Below, in pieces: positions 42,901 through 54,939 of a stretch of DNA of 64,000 nt. Source of the stretch: Cystobasidiomycetes sp. EMM_F5. Taxonomy: Eukaryota. The stretch spans positions 372,001-436,000 of the forward strand of contig JBPGPT010000007.1 of NCBI GenBank assembly GCA_051047955.1, in the 5' to 3' direction. The notes under the pieces were generated by a model that did not search any database, had not been told where the DNA came from, and worked only from the letters and a program-made list of their open reading frames with translations. Position numbers and translations under genes: made by a program. Positions within the stretch are counted from its first letter, which is position 1, and every line of letters starts with the position of its first letter.

Positions 42901-43700
42901 TCTGGGGTAGCTTGTCGTGTCTCCCCGTTTGTCGCTTCGGTAGTTGCGTTTCGTAAGCTAGACTTTAGTTCTCCCGCATCGATTGGTCGTGAGCCGCCGA
43001 AACCACCTGTACGAGACGGCGACTCTGCCGACCGCACAGAAGGAGGTGCTGACGGGTTTTCGCCCATCGCCAGAGCTCGGAGATAGCTGGCTTCGTTGAG
43101 CTCCCTTTTCATTGAAGTCACATTGTCGTGTGGAGAGGTGTCCAAGGCGCTTTCTGGGTCATTATCGTATGCAATTTGACTGTCCTGACGCGGCAGAAGC
43201 GGCTGATTCTCTAGATCTGCATCTGGCGTAGACGCCGTCGGCGTTGAGCTGCTGCCATTGCTATGTTTAGTTGGCCGTGTCACGCCAGAGTCGCTGTTGG
43301 CGTTTTCCGCCATTCTCCGTTTGGCATGTTTTCTTCTTTTTCGTAGATACTTTGCAGTAAACGAGTCGCTGACGAGTGCCAGCCAGGTGAAGGATACCGC
43401 GAGCAGAGCCGAGAGAACCGTCGCCACTGGATTGAGCGATACGGCTACATCGAGCCTGGCTGCCAGTATTGCCAAAAAGTGCAAGCCCCATATAGCGCAC
43501 AGTCCAAAGAGGATGGCCGCCAGTCCGTTCCAGGCGAAGAATGCGAGACTCTGCCGTCTGCAGCTGCTCGCCTGGCAGCAGACTTGGGAAGCAGCGTATG
43601 CGCCGAGAAACGAAACGACAAACGAGCAGGCGAGCAGGACGTAGTTCCAGTGTATAGCCAGCTGGCGGTACCCCTCGAGCGAGGCTTCCAAGTCTGTCAT
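39923..43700 (-). CDS. Hybrid histidine kinase with N-terminal MHYT membrane sensor, HisKA, HATPase and receiver domains
   Basis: MHYT repeats (IWGLHFL, GMHYLG, CSMHMTG); H-box AAHELRTPL; NLVNNAVKF, DTGIGI, GSGLGL; receiver LLVEDN...MDCQMP...FLSKP. Confidence 0.9.
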
Positions 43701-44272
43701 CTCGACATAAATTGATATGCTTGCTTTTTCGACCAATCTCGAGTGCCAGTGTCACCTAGGCATACTGTATCGGTGTCCGCGTACTCGGTCCACGCTGATG
43801 AAACTACCAGCCTGCAACTTGTTACTCGAGGCTTCAGGATATTCTGCTTTCCTGTGCGAGTCCGGATGGCCGCGGGCGATCAATTGGGCGGGGTTTGTCT
43901 CGACCGAAAGCTGCTGCGCTATTTGTATGTTGATGGTCCTCGTCGACGTCGATATTGCAAATGCTCCTCTGCGGCAGTTGCGCCGATGGCCTCTCGATGT
44001 GACAGTGCCCAATCAACCATGGAATCCAAGTCTCTCTCCGGTCGGACTGTGAGCTGTCACGTAAATATGGGGCAGCCACGCGGGCAGAAACTGCAACACC
44101 GACATGGACGACGACGCGCAAATCATACAGACACGCCCAACAAACGACTGACCTTTGGGCATTGCATGAATCGCAACTCTTATGACGCAGAAAGTCAAAA
44201 TACCCAACCTCGTCTGAAGCGAAACTGACCCGATGCTCATACCGCTTCTCTTTCCCTTCATCCACGTCTCGC

Positions 44273-47013
44273 TCACTCCTTCCTCACTTGCCAGCGGTCT
44301 TGCTGCCCCACTTGACGAGTTCCCACGGTCCCTTGTTCCTGCAGAGTGTGTGGACAATCAGACGAAGATCTCGTACGGTTTTGGTTACGGCCAGCATACC
44401 ACGCCTCGACTCGCTTCCCGGAAAGAAGCGACATCATTGACCGATCCGTGCCAACGAATGCTTTACCGCGCGACAGGATAGCCTGAAGCCAATCAGACCG
44501 TATCAGCCACAAACTGACATCACCGCATACACTAGCCCGCTCACTGCATCAATCACAATCTCCCACCACGGGTTACCGTACGTTCTTGCGGTCTTGAGTT
44601 TGGCGTGATCAACAACCTTCCAGCCACTACCTCAAAGGAAGCCTCAGCGCTTGCATCGTCAGGTAGGCTGTTCGCCCAAAAAGCTTACACCTTTCTAAGG
44701 CTCTCCAGATAAACGGGATCTTTTTCATCCGTCGTCACAACGACTGCACGAGCATAGGTCCCCGCATCGTCAAGCACCTGAGCTCGGACGCGGTGGACTG
44801 CCTGTTTGTAAGTGGCGATGGTCGCCAAACAGTCCTTTGAGCCAGTGGTTCCGCACGACTTTGCAAAATCGCCTCTGCGGATGTGCACAGTGACAAACTG
44901 CCATGTCGATGTACACACTGCATCAGTGAATAGCAAAGTCAGCAGAGTGCCATCCCAGCTCACCTCGGGTACGTGGACACCCTTCTTCAGCTCGAAGAGA
45001 CGCCTCAAATAATCATCTGCAGCCTGATCGACGTCGGCATGCCACCTCGCATACCGTCCGATGCTCGTCCAGACAGGCGCATGAGGCTGCCACCATTCTC
45101 GCGGGCCGGTAGCAGCTGCATAGTACCTGCGAAAGCGAATTAACGGCTGAATTAACGCCATAGTAACTAACACGACAAGATTCATCACTTACAGCGTGTC
45201 GTAGCAAATCATTTGATCGTCGGGCGGAGTCAGCAACACTCCCTTCTTGACCGTATCGCTCGTGTCGCCATCCCTCTCCTGCTTGCCTTTCGTTTCCTCT
45301 CGCTTAATCTGTGCCACCTTTGCAATCTGATCTTTTCTGATATTTTCGATGTCCTTGTCCAACAGCACCAAGTCCCAAAACAATATGTGGCGGCTACAAA
45401 GACCACTAATTAGATGCGTCTCCGGTTCAGAAAGAACGCCAGAGGATTACGCAGACTCACTCGTGCGGAGGATCTGCAAAGTTTGAAGGGGCAGGCCAAT
45501 AATCGATATTGAGGCCCAAATGATTTTGTACTCCCGATCCAGCGGGCTTTCCAGGGTTTGGCATCTGGATCTGCCAGAGGCTCCAACACGCAACATCGTC
45601 CTTCTTTACGCTAGCAGCAACTCTGCCTCGAAGCTTATCGTCCTTGAACTCTGGATTTGGTGGACCAGACATTGGTGCAGCTTGCTCTGCAGCAACTTTC
45701 AAATTCTTCCATTCCTGAATTGGATGACGAAGTAGAGTTTCCAGCCGAGGTACATCAAAGACTTGGCTGAAGGCAAGATAGCCAGACGCTCGACGGTCCA
45801 TGTGTGCAAAAGCGACAAACGGAGGCAAGACTGGGACGCGATCAGTGAGCTTGGCGAGATATAAGCCATTGAGGTGTGCCAAAAATTGATTGCCTGGAAT
45901 AGTGAACAGTAAGCGCGAATATCGAAATTGTCAATTGTGATTGCATTTACTGAAACCATTGGTCACTAGCGAAATTACAGTGAGCCATAGTCAACGAGCA
46001 ACCAAGCTTGTACAATCTGATCACTTACAGCCAAATGTAAGATAATTGAGATCTTTTCGTAGATTTTCTGATGAGAAGGGAATTATGAGTTGACATCCGA
46101 CGTGATACACATAATACTGACCTCTGAAGTGGCCTTTTGGAATGTGCGACGTGAGTGTCTCGTATCCCTTGAGGTATCCCTCCGGATCGCATCCTCGACT
46201 TCCACAGATAGGCTCTGCATTTCGCATCCTCTCCAAGTTATCGTTGCACGTATCCACCTGCCGGGTCAGATTCACTACCACCGACTCATTGTAGGCAAGC
46301 ACGGCTGGGTCGACTTGAGTTTCATTTGCAGACAAACTTGTCCCAACGTCAATGGTCGCAGCCAATGGCTGTAACCCGTCCAGAATGACCTGGTCCCGCT
46401 TTGACAGGTCGTGATTGCTTTGGTGTGGAATGGATGTTGGTGCTGGCGTAGCTATGGACGATGCCAAAGTAGCAGTCGTCCCAGCCGCAGAAAATGGATA
46501 CGGGGGTGACGGGATGCGCATTGGTGGAATTTCATAAGAGTCACTGAAGCAGTATGTAAAGAGGAGGAGGGCAAACAGCAATACTGCCACTGAAACGATG
46601 AGACGGGTGACAGAGCGAGCAAGGGGTTTGAGGGGACCTGGGAGAAGGAGGACCAACCTGTTGAGCCAGAGACGTTGCTGCTTCTCCGCAGACCGAATGC
46701 GGTTCGGATGATGTGTGACTGCATTGCGATGCTCAGATAACGTGTCTAGCATTGACGGACCAGCAAAGTGACCATGATGGACTGTGTACGGGCTGCCAAT
46801 ATCGACATCGCTGCTGCTTGAACGGCTCCGACTGCTGTCGGGGGAGAGGGTAGCAGCCGTTGACGACGATGACAAGTCTGGCGAGTATTCGAATCTAGAT
46901 GGACCGTGTCCTGGTACGGGACTCGTTGCTTCGGGCGGTCCAGCGTTGAGTCGGTAGTAGGGCGCAGGTTGATAGGTGGATGTAAAGTGAGACGAGGACG
47001 TCGACGATGCCAT
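44273..47013 (-). CDS. O-fucosyltransferase-like (O-FucT/GT-B) type II membrane glycosyltransferase
   Basis: Single transmembrane segment; GLTNGFSNQ motif (partly on 15-nt exon 45951-45965); PVLPPF; VHIRRGDF; VVVTTDE; AILSRGKAFVGT.RS. Confidence 0.8.
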
Positions 47014-47597
47014 GCTGCGCTGCGCTCTGGATGACGCGTACGAGGTGAGATGCAACAGCTTTGGTCTGGAATACAGAGTCGAAAGTCGCTGCTGCTGCTG
47101 AAAACTGGGCAGGGCATCGTCGCTTCTCCTGCGAAGCGACCACCCCCTCCTGCAGGACTCCATGGGAGCGCCGAACGAATGGGGCAGGACTGCAGCATGA
47201 CAGATGGACGAAGGCAGACAGCAAGAGAAGCAGACATCCTGCGTCTGCATTAGCAATCACGACTGGCTGTCCAGGCTCGCGAGCGATTCGACCCTTCGCC
47301 GCCAAACTTTATCGAGGCCCAATTGCAATCCAACCGTAACTTTGGCATCAAGCGAGGAGCCATGTCTGCTCGCAACATCTTTTCTGCGATTTAAGAGCTC
47401 GTTAAGATGTTTACCGTACAGTCTCGACTGCTTGTCGCGCTTCAAACGACGCGAGCTGTCAACGCGTAAACACGTGTTCGCTTTTGACGGAATTGTGCCT
47501 GACTCTGACCAGCCCAAACAACAATAAACAAGGCCGTTGCAACGGTCTGACAGGTTGGAATGTCTTTCACAGGAAGCACATACAAGCAGCAACGACC

Positions 47598-49148
47598 ATG
47601 ATACCACAGCGACCACCGCAGACACCGCGCAAGGTCAGGAGTCCCCTGGGTTCCATCTCGCTGACGCGGGTCGCAGAGAATATGCAAAACAGGCATGAAC
47701 GAGCCAGCATTGCCCGCCTTCTCGGGATACACTCGTCCAAACCATCGCTCGAGATCAGCAAGGACGGAAGAGCAAGTATCGTATCCACTCCTACGCCGTG
47801 CATAGTCACCCCTACGGGACCGGTCACGGACGACCTCCCCGCGACAAATAAGCGACGAAATCGAGCAGCTACCATCTGCCAGAACAGCAACCGAGAGAAA
47901 GCTGTAACAGGAGGCCACAGGAGACAAGCAACACTCGGGAGCAGAATCAGCAACTTCATTACTACCGCTTCCATTCCTCTTCCAGGTCGCGCTGTCGCTC
48001 ATCGTCGCCACCATGCTCATGCTGCTTCCATGTCTGCTCTCCCTTATCCTGTCCCGTCTATCTCGCAGAAATTGAGCCAATCCGTCTCGCACGATCCTCA
48101 CAGCGACCATCTTCGAAGGCATAGCGACACTCGTGCCGAAATGGACGATGTGAATGCTCTGTTGCGGCAGTATACCGCATTCAATGAAGAGGGAACGTAC
48201 AAGACCTTCGCAAGCGACGCTCCTGCAAGCTTCAACCAGCATAGAGCTCCGACTGTCCCATCAATATCATCGCAAACACTCTCTGCCCCTCTAATGCAAG
48301 CTTCCGCTGCTCTGCCGATGCCTGCAGCATTTCCGCCATGGCAGTCACCCTTGTTCAGCGAACCAGGCGTCAGTCAAGATTTCGGCAATCTATGCTTCTC
48401 CTTACCGTACCAACCGAGTCTCAGTCCTTGCGAACTGGTGACAAAGCACCGCACGGATGCAATCGCGACAGACGAGCCACATGCAGCTTCGACTAGGACG
48501 GCGTATTCCTCCCACTTTCCTTACTCTCCGTTTTTGGACTCTAGCAACCCGAGCATCTTCGGCGACAATTCCCTTGAATTCACATTCACGTCGTCAGTCC
48601 CAGATTCACGTCGATCTTCACTCAGTCTGGAAGGCGGCGGTGATCTGTCCCTGCCATCAGCTGCACACATATTGCCACCAGTCTCGCACTGGTCAGACTC
48701 TTCCTCATCATCTTTGTCATCCTCCATGGCTCTACGATCCAGTACGAATTCGTCTATACCCAATCAAACGGTCTTCGATATTCAGCCCGGACAAGCCAAG
48801 CTCAGCACGTCGATGCCTGCGACATCAGCACCGCCGCTACTAGCCCACCATCGTCGACCAAGTATCAGCTTTGAGCAGCTCGCAATGATAATCTCGCAGC
48901 TAGGCACTTCTCTTCTGTCTGCGTCAAGCATCTCGCAATACAGGATGGAAGCATTACAGAACGCTGCAAACTTTTTGCATACCCCAGATGGAGTGACGGC
49001 CGCCCAGACCGAACTTCGGCGTCCGTTTGCGCCGATCAACGCTGGCAATCTAAAAGGAGCTGACTCTGCCAAAGCCGACGGTTCTCTCATCTTTGTGTAC
49101 GAGGACGGTTCCGGATTGGCTTCCACGGATCCGGAGCGGGTGTGGTGA
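47598..49148 (+). CDS. Hypothetical Ser/Pro-rich low-complexity protein, apparently intronless
   Basis: Uninterrupted ~516-codon ORF from ATG in ACCATG context; no recognised domain. Confidence 0.6.
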   Translation: MIPQRPPQTPRKVRSPLGSISLTRVAENMQNRHERASIARLLGIHSSKPSLEISKDGRASIVSTPTPCIVTPTGPVTDDLPATNKRRNRAATICQNSNREKAVTGGHRRQATLGSRISNFITTASIPLPGRAVAHRRHHAHAASMSALPYPVPSISQKLSQSVSHDPHSDHLRRHSDTRAEMDDVNALLRQYTAFNEEGTYKTFASDAPASFNQHRAPTVPSISSQTLSAPLMQASAALPMPAAFPPWQSPLFSEPGVSQDFGNLCFSLPYQPSLSPCELVTKHRTDAIATDEPHAASTRTAYSSHFPYSPFLDSSNPSIFGDNSLEFTFTSSVPDSRRSSLSLEGGGDLSLPSAAHILPPVSHWSDSSSSSLSSSMALRSSTNSSIPNQTVFDIQPGQAKLSTSMPATSAPPLLAHHRRPSISFEQLAMIISQLGTSLLSASSISQYRMEALQNAANFLHTPDGVTAAQTELRRPFAPINAGNLKGADSAKADGSLIFVYEDGSGLASTDPERVW

Positions 49149-49373
49149 AAGCAAGAGGGCGGAGCGAGAGGGATTTGATATATGAGGGCAAGGGATGGTA
49201 GTGTTGGATATAGCCGTGGCCCAAAATTTCTGTAGCATTAGTGTACCATCAGATAGCCTTCCTGTCACAAGCCGCTGACAAGTTAGCCTTTCAAAATGCT
49301 AGCGATGAGTCGCTGTATGTACCCGTTATTACATTGATCAATACATACACTACCCGGAAATGCACTGCTATCC

Positions 49374-51771
49374 CTACTCTCGCTTTGCACGATCTATAGC
49401 ATCGTACAAGTCACCTCCAGCTGCGCGCGCGTGTGATTTCGACATGTCAATGTCCAACTGATCTTCAAAGGCCTGCTCGCGTGCTTCGATATCAATCAAC
49501 ACTGGATCCTGAGCAACCCTGTCCTCCAATTCACGAGTCGCGTCCTTGGATGCAAGAGCAGCAGCCAACCTGCCGGCGCTAGAATCGTATGCATGTCCAT
49601 TTTGCTCGTGATAATCGGAGCCGTGTGACGGTATATTGACAGTTCGGATGCTCTTGAGCGAGACCGCATCGGCATCGAGCTCGTCCTCTTCATCTGACGA
49701 CTCAAGGTCGTTCTCTCCGATGAGACGGAAATGGCTCTGTGTGGTACTACTGCAAATGGCTTATACATCAGAAAATGGTAAGGTTAGAGCTTGTTGAAAT
49801 TGGGAACCCACCTGTTGTTCGGATCACCCATTTCCACGCCGTTCGCCTGACCAGCGAGAACCGCCTTTTCCTTGGCTTTGTAGTTGCGATATTTGAGGTA
49901 GTTGTACATCGCTATGCCTAACAGAGCGACACACAGCCCTGATATGTTGATCGGTGTCAACTGATCATGGAAGACCAATGTCGAGAGTCCTATGGTTGCG
50001 ACTTCCTTGAATATGCCAGCAACAGATCTAAGTGAAGCACAATTTCCTGTCAGTCCTGCAATCGCACGTAACGCTCATCCAAAACGAACAGTGTCACGAC
50101 AGATGTCCGCTGGATCAGACTGTAACATGTAGAGCAAATCAGCATCAGGCCGACTGACAAATGCAGGAGACGTACCCAAATTCAGCGACATTCATGCTGA
50201 ACGCAATGACGCCAGGTAGTAGAATGACACCAAAAGTAACGAGTATGCGATCGAATGATGCAAAGGAGTCAGTAGCAAAGATGGTGAACCAGCCTTCTAT
50301 ACACATGGAACACAGGGCCAGAACGCCTCCCATGATGGGTGCGAGCCAGAAGAGCGTCGCAAACGGGTTATTCATGCCCATTGCCTCCTTGTCTAGCAGC
50401 ATCTGCGTAAGAGACCACCTCAATCCGCCCAAGCATGATGCGGTAAGGACTTCTATCATGCCGGCAAGGTGGAACTGCGTCTCCGACGATACCATCATTA
50501 CGACTCCGCCTGTAATAACGGTGATGATGCCAATCAGAGGGAGAGTTGGCTTTTCTAGCCGGAAAAGAAAAGCGAAGAGTAAGACGAAGCCCAAGGTAGA
50601 CGACTTGCACATGGCTGGGAAGAGACAATGCATATTACTCAAGGGCTTATTGCCATGATCTCGGACCTTGGCCTGCTTACTATAGAATGATAAAGTGATA
50701 GATTTTAAGCTCAGGTTTGACAAGCCGATATCGAGGGATGTCGCAACTCCGCATGGTACAACCTTGAGGCTGTTAATGGTCCGCGATACAAGGAGAGTTA
50801 ATCGCTGCCATCAATCGGTATACAAATCCGGCCCAACTTACGCGTAGTCTCTTGTGGGAGGCCTGTTCGCAGGTCGCAACGAAGGGAATATGCCAAGTAC
50901 TATAGAACATAGACAGAATTGGACTACCATATGCCAGGAAGTAACGAAAAGGGGATAGCCAAAGTTGTAGTGCTCTGGGGAGAACATCCATTTGTCTGTG
51001 CGCCAGAAATCCGAAGCGAAAGTTGTTCAGCTACCTCTGAAAGCTCTTGCAAGGAAAGCATGCGCACTATACAGCGATATCATGGTAGAAAACGTGTACC
51101 TATTGACCATACAAACAGTAAGCTCCGACACCTCGCGGTCAGGAAAGCGCATACCAAGCCGCAATGAAGAGCAGATTTATGGTTATATTCTGCCAGTAAT
51201 GCGCTTGCAGCTTCGCTTTCGACACAGGACCAGCGTTGAGCGACGCGCCAGGCGTGTTGTCTTTCTCTAGCAAAGTACCCAACAAACCCAGCGAGCTCGT
51301 CCGGCGGTGATGCTGCTTGGGCGGACGTTCGTTACGTGCGTGACTGAAACCAGATTCCATTGGAGAATCGTCGTTATCGGCGTGATTATACAGCAAATGC
51401 ATTGGCGACGCTGCGCGATCTTCTGGATAACCATGCGGCCTGTCGTATCGATCCGGGGGTTCATCAAGCGGTACTGCAGTGCTTCCGTAGCCTTTGTTTG
51501 AGCGCGTCGTTGGCGCTCTGTTATCGTATTCTCTAGAATCGCGGGCGTTGCTCCCAGTCCTCGTGGGCTTGACCAAACGAGCGCTGCTTTGGCTGGGATG
51601 GACATCGTAGCCCTGGCCATCTTCCTCGTCGTCGTACTCTGCTGCAGACATCCTGCCTTTGCCCTTCTGCAGATGGCCGTCGAGTCCTGCTCTGCCAGCT
51701 TCATCCGACGCATCAAACAAGGCCGAGTCCTGCGCAACGAGCTGCTGCGCGCTCAGCGGGTCTCCAGTCAT
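49374..51771 (-). CDS. Nucleotide-sugar/triose-phosphate transporter, SLC35C2/Ymd8-like
   Basis: DIGLSNLSLKSITLSFY, MCKSSTLGFVLLFAFLFRLEKP, GLRWSLTQMLL, GIFKEV. Confidence 0.88.
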
Positions 51772-52109
51772 CTTGTACTGCGCGGAGCAGTTGCATTCAA
51801 ATGGAAGCAGTCTTCAGTCTTCTGGTCATCATGTCATATGCACGAGTTGGCGGTATGGTACGGACCATGGTCAGTAGTTACATCGAAGAAGCCGACTCGT
51901 GTCGAAAAAGCATACAAGACGTGAGAGCCTTTGCATAGGATTCACACTCTACTGCGACGAATACAAGGCCGCCTTTACCGCGAGCTTGAATTCGCAAATG
52001 CTTGACGAAGCAACACAGAAAGGCATGAGAGTAATTCACGATAAATGCATTACTGAGCGAAATGCATAATTCCAGCACTTGACAACCGATAAAGCAGATG
52101 CTAAACGCG

Positions 52110-53280
52110 TTACGCTTCAGTAGTCTGTTCCGCCGGTGCTGCCTGAGGTGCTGCCGGAGCCTGAGCGGGGAAGTCCTGGATGCGAGAGTCTGAAACAGGA
52201 CCACTTGGCAGATTCTCATCTTTCGATTCGAGAATGACCACTGCGTCAGGAAGTGGCTTCGCTGGTCCAACTCTGCCCTCTGGGTCGTGTGCGAGCATGC
52301 TATCAAAAAGCAAAAATCAGAATATGTCAACGAGAGACGCGATGACAATGCCAACTCACATCTTGACCTTGATTCCGAGTACACCTTGACGCAGGTAAAC
52401 ATGACGAACGGCGTGGTCGACGTAGTCGTTGGCTGGTTGACCGGAGCTATCGACGGCGGTGGCGTCAGCGAATGCAATTCAACGAATAGGCTGCGGCCTC
52501 CTCGAGGGCTCTAAAGCAGATATCGCTTACTGGATCATGAAACCATCGGTAAACTTCATGCTCTTTGCACGAGCAGCACGCAGTTTTCCGGAAACGACAA
52601 CCTCGCAACCCTTGGCGCCAGACTCCATGATGAATCGGAGTACACCGTAGCATGCACGACGGACGGCCAGACCGTGTAGCAACTTGAATTTGAGCGACTC
52701 GCACTGGGCAATGGCAGACAGACCACGGTTCTGAACCTTCTCGGCGTAGAGATCGACGGAGCCCTCATCGAATTTGAATCGCTTCTGAACGAGCGCAGTG
52801 AGCTCGCGGATGCGACGACCCTTCTCTCCTAGTACTTCCTGGAAATTATCCATTTATGTGAGTAATTTGCTATTGCGATATCCGCCAATCAAGCCAGCCA
52901 ACCAACCTGAGTGTGGGTAGCGCGGATGATGATTTCAGTCTTGGTGTGGGTTACACGGATCTCGCATCCAGAGTATCCCTCGTTGGACAGCTGCAGCGCG
53001 TACGTTTCAGCAATGCCTCTTCATCGATCGGACCTGATTGCCCACCTCTCGCTCGAAGAACTCGGACAGCTCTACAGATGGCAAGCCAAGTCAGCCAAAA
53101 TGAATCGTGCACATAGTAACGCTGCTATGACTGCTCACCGGCGTAGAGCACACCATCGGCGACTGCCTTTCGCTTTTTGCTGTTAGATTGGTGGATGCCA
53201 GTCAGCCATTACCGCGTTTTCTTTACATATTTCGCCCATCGATAGCAAGCGTACGAGATGAGCTGGTTGGCGGTAGACAT
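52110..53280 (-). CDS. RPS3: 40S ribosomal protein S3 (7 exons)
   Basis: [11 protein letters not shown]...[10 protein letters not shown]...[14 protein letters not shown]...[20 protein letters not shown]. Confidence 0.98.
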
Positions 53281-53576
53281 GGTTGCAGCAGTATCAGCTT
53301 GGGTGCAGAATGGAGATGCCTTTGGAAGAGGAGGGTCTCTCTTCAAGCAATTTTCCCTCGATCGCGCGAGAAGGCTAGCGCTGAGTTGAAAAGGTTTCTC
53401 GGCTCACTCGGTGAGGGCTGTTTAGAGCTTCTGCAGCGTACATTTACAGACAATGTAATTACTGCGCTCTTCGCCTTTCGTCTCCTCTGTCTGACCCGGT
53501 GAGCTGAATTTCCCTGCCTCTTCCATCAATACAATCACTCCCACAACACCTTCTCCGCACTGTACATTTACTCGTC

Positions 53577-53717
53577 CGGCAAAGATGATTCTGGGGATTG
53601 AAGAGCCCCAAACAACAAATTCGGTATCACAACCGTCTTTGAAAATGGCACCTCTTCGTCGAGTGAAGGTCGCGTTTCGGCGTGATCTGAGCGATGACAA
53701 TTTGACTGCCTGAGCCG
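53577..53717 (+). ncRNA. Candidate intronic box C/D snoRNA (~140 nt) within intron 53499-53785 of a putative non-coding host transcript
   Basis: Terminal stem CGGC/GCCG flanking variant C box AAGATGA (53582) and D box CTGA (53710); internal hairpins; AACAACAAA spacer; enclosed by GTGAGC donor and CTGAC...pyrimidine tract...TAG acceptor. Confidence 0.6.
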
Positions 53718-53931
53718 TCTCATCGAGTCTTCTTCGTGCAACATGAGACGTCGAGTATGTCTGACTGACTTTTCTCGTCATTTAGGCATGATTTCGGGTG
53801 CGAGGCAGTTTCCGGACAGTGGAGGTAGATGTGCGAGCAAATCCTGATGTGCACGGCAAAATATCTATATTTCGTGACGACTCTTCTGTGTTTCAATCCC
53901 TCACTGACTCAGTAAACCATGACATGCGTTA

Positions 53932-54939
53932 TCACATCGAGTTTTCATACCCATCCGGCCCGTAGTACCTGTAGCCGTGGCGATCCGCGCGAGGTCGAAG
54001 GATTCTTGACCGAGGTCGCTGGTGTACCCGGCGTATTGCATCATCCCTGCTTGTTTCGTGTCCTTGCCGAGGTCGACGGTGTTGTACACCATCATCTCCG
54101 CTTCGGCCTCTGCGCTCACTCTGATTTCCTTGTCTTAGTAAGCGATCATGATGATTGTGATGATGGCGATTAACGTCATGATGATTTCTACTTCTACCAT
54201 GTCGCGACTGTCTGCGTTCCCGATCCTTCGCTTCTTGCTGTCTCCGCGCGTTTTCCTGATTTTGTCTGAGGGCAGCTTGATACACTAACAAGGCGTCTTC
54301 TGTCAATTGTCGAATAGGACGGACACGCCTTTCACGGACAACGGCCGTATCTCTAGATCCGAGTCCGCTTATGGAAGAATCAGAACGATCGCTCCCGCCA
54401 ACTGGTCTTGGTATTCTGCGCTCGCATTCCACGATTCGGATCGCCTCACCTAACGGTCTCAAGTTGTACACGAGGTACTTCCTGGGCCCTCCATTCACGC
54501 GGCCTTCCAGAATGAATGGCGCTGTACTCGTAGCTGGAGTTCGGTCGACTTCGCGGTGCCCCGTACAAAGCCATCTTTGGCGGATGAACAGCTCTGGCTT
54601 ATCGAAGACAGCATTCTGCACATTCTGGTCCTCTGACCCTTCACTGTCAGGCTCCTCTTCTGATCTGAAAAGCGTCTCCAATACTGGATGTCGGCCGTGT
54701 GAGGGATGCACATCACAACCCATCCCTCGATGGCGGTGACCAGGGCACAGAGCAAGTATTTTCACAGCGTGACCTCTATGTCGGCGAGTATTGTTAACGT
54801 AGAGGTACCCATGCGATGACGGGACTTGTCGCAAGCGGTAAATATCTTTCAACGGGAGTCTCTGCCACAGAGGTTGAGCGCTGACGAGACCATCTGCGGA
54901 AAGATTGGAGGATGTCGCACTACTGCTGTGATGAGCCAT
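53932..54939 (-). CDS. Orphan family paralog 1 (Cys/His domain plus Arg/His-rich tail)
   Basis: 335-aa intronless ORF with motifs shared by two neighbours. Confidence 0.8.
   Translation of the reverse strand: MAHHSSSATSSNLSADGLVSAQPLWQRLPLKDIYRLRQVPSSHGYLYVNNTRRHRGHAVKILALCPGHRHRGMGCDVHPSHGRHPVLETLFRSEEEPDSEGSEDQNVQNAVFDKPELFIRQRWLCTGHREVDRTPATSTAPFILEGRVNGGPRKYLVYNLRPLGEAIRIVECERRIPRPVGGSDRSDSSISGLGSRDTAVVRERRVRPIRQLTEDALLVYQAALRQNQENARRQQEAKDRERRQSRHGRSRNHHDVNRHHHNHHDRLLRQGNQSERRGRSGDDGVQHRRPRQGHETSRDDAIRRVHQRPRSRILRPRADRHGYRYYGPDGYENSM

Noticed and set aside
38709..43700. Bacterial operon or recent horizontal transfer of UreD plus histidine kinase
   Set aside because: Both genes have spliceosomal introns and ordinary composition; no other urease genes nearby
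53577..53717. U3 snoRNA (GAGTGAAG resembles box B)
   Set aside because: The U3 5' domain (GAC box, boxes A'/A) is absent
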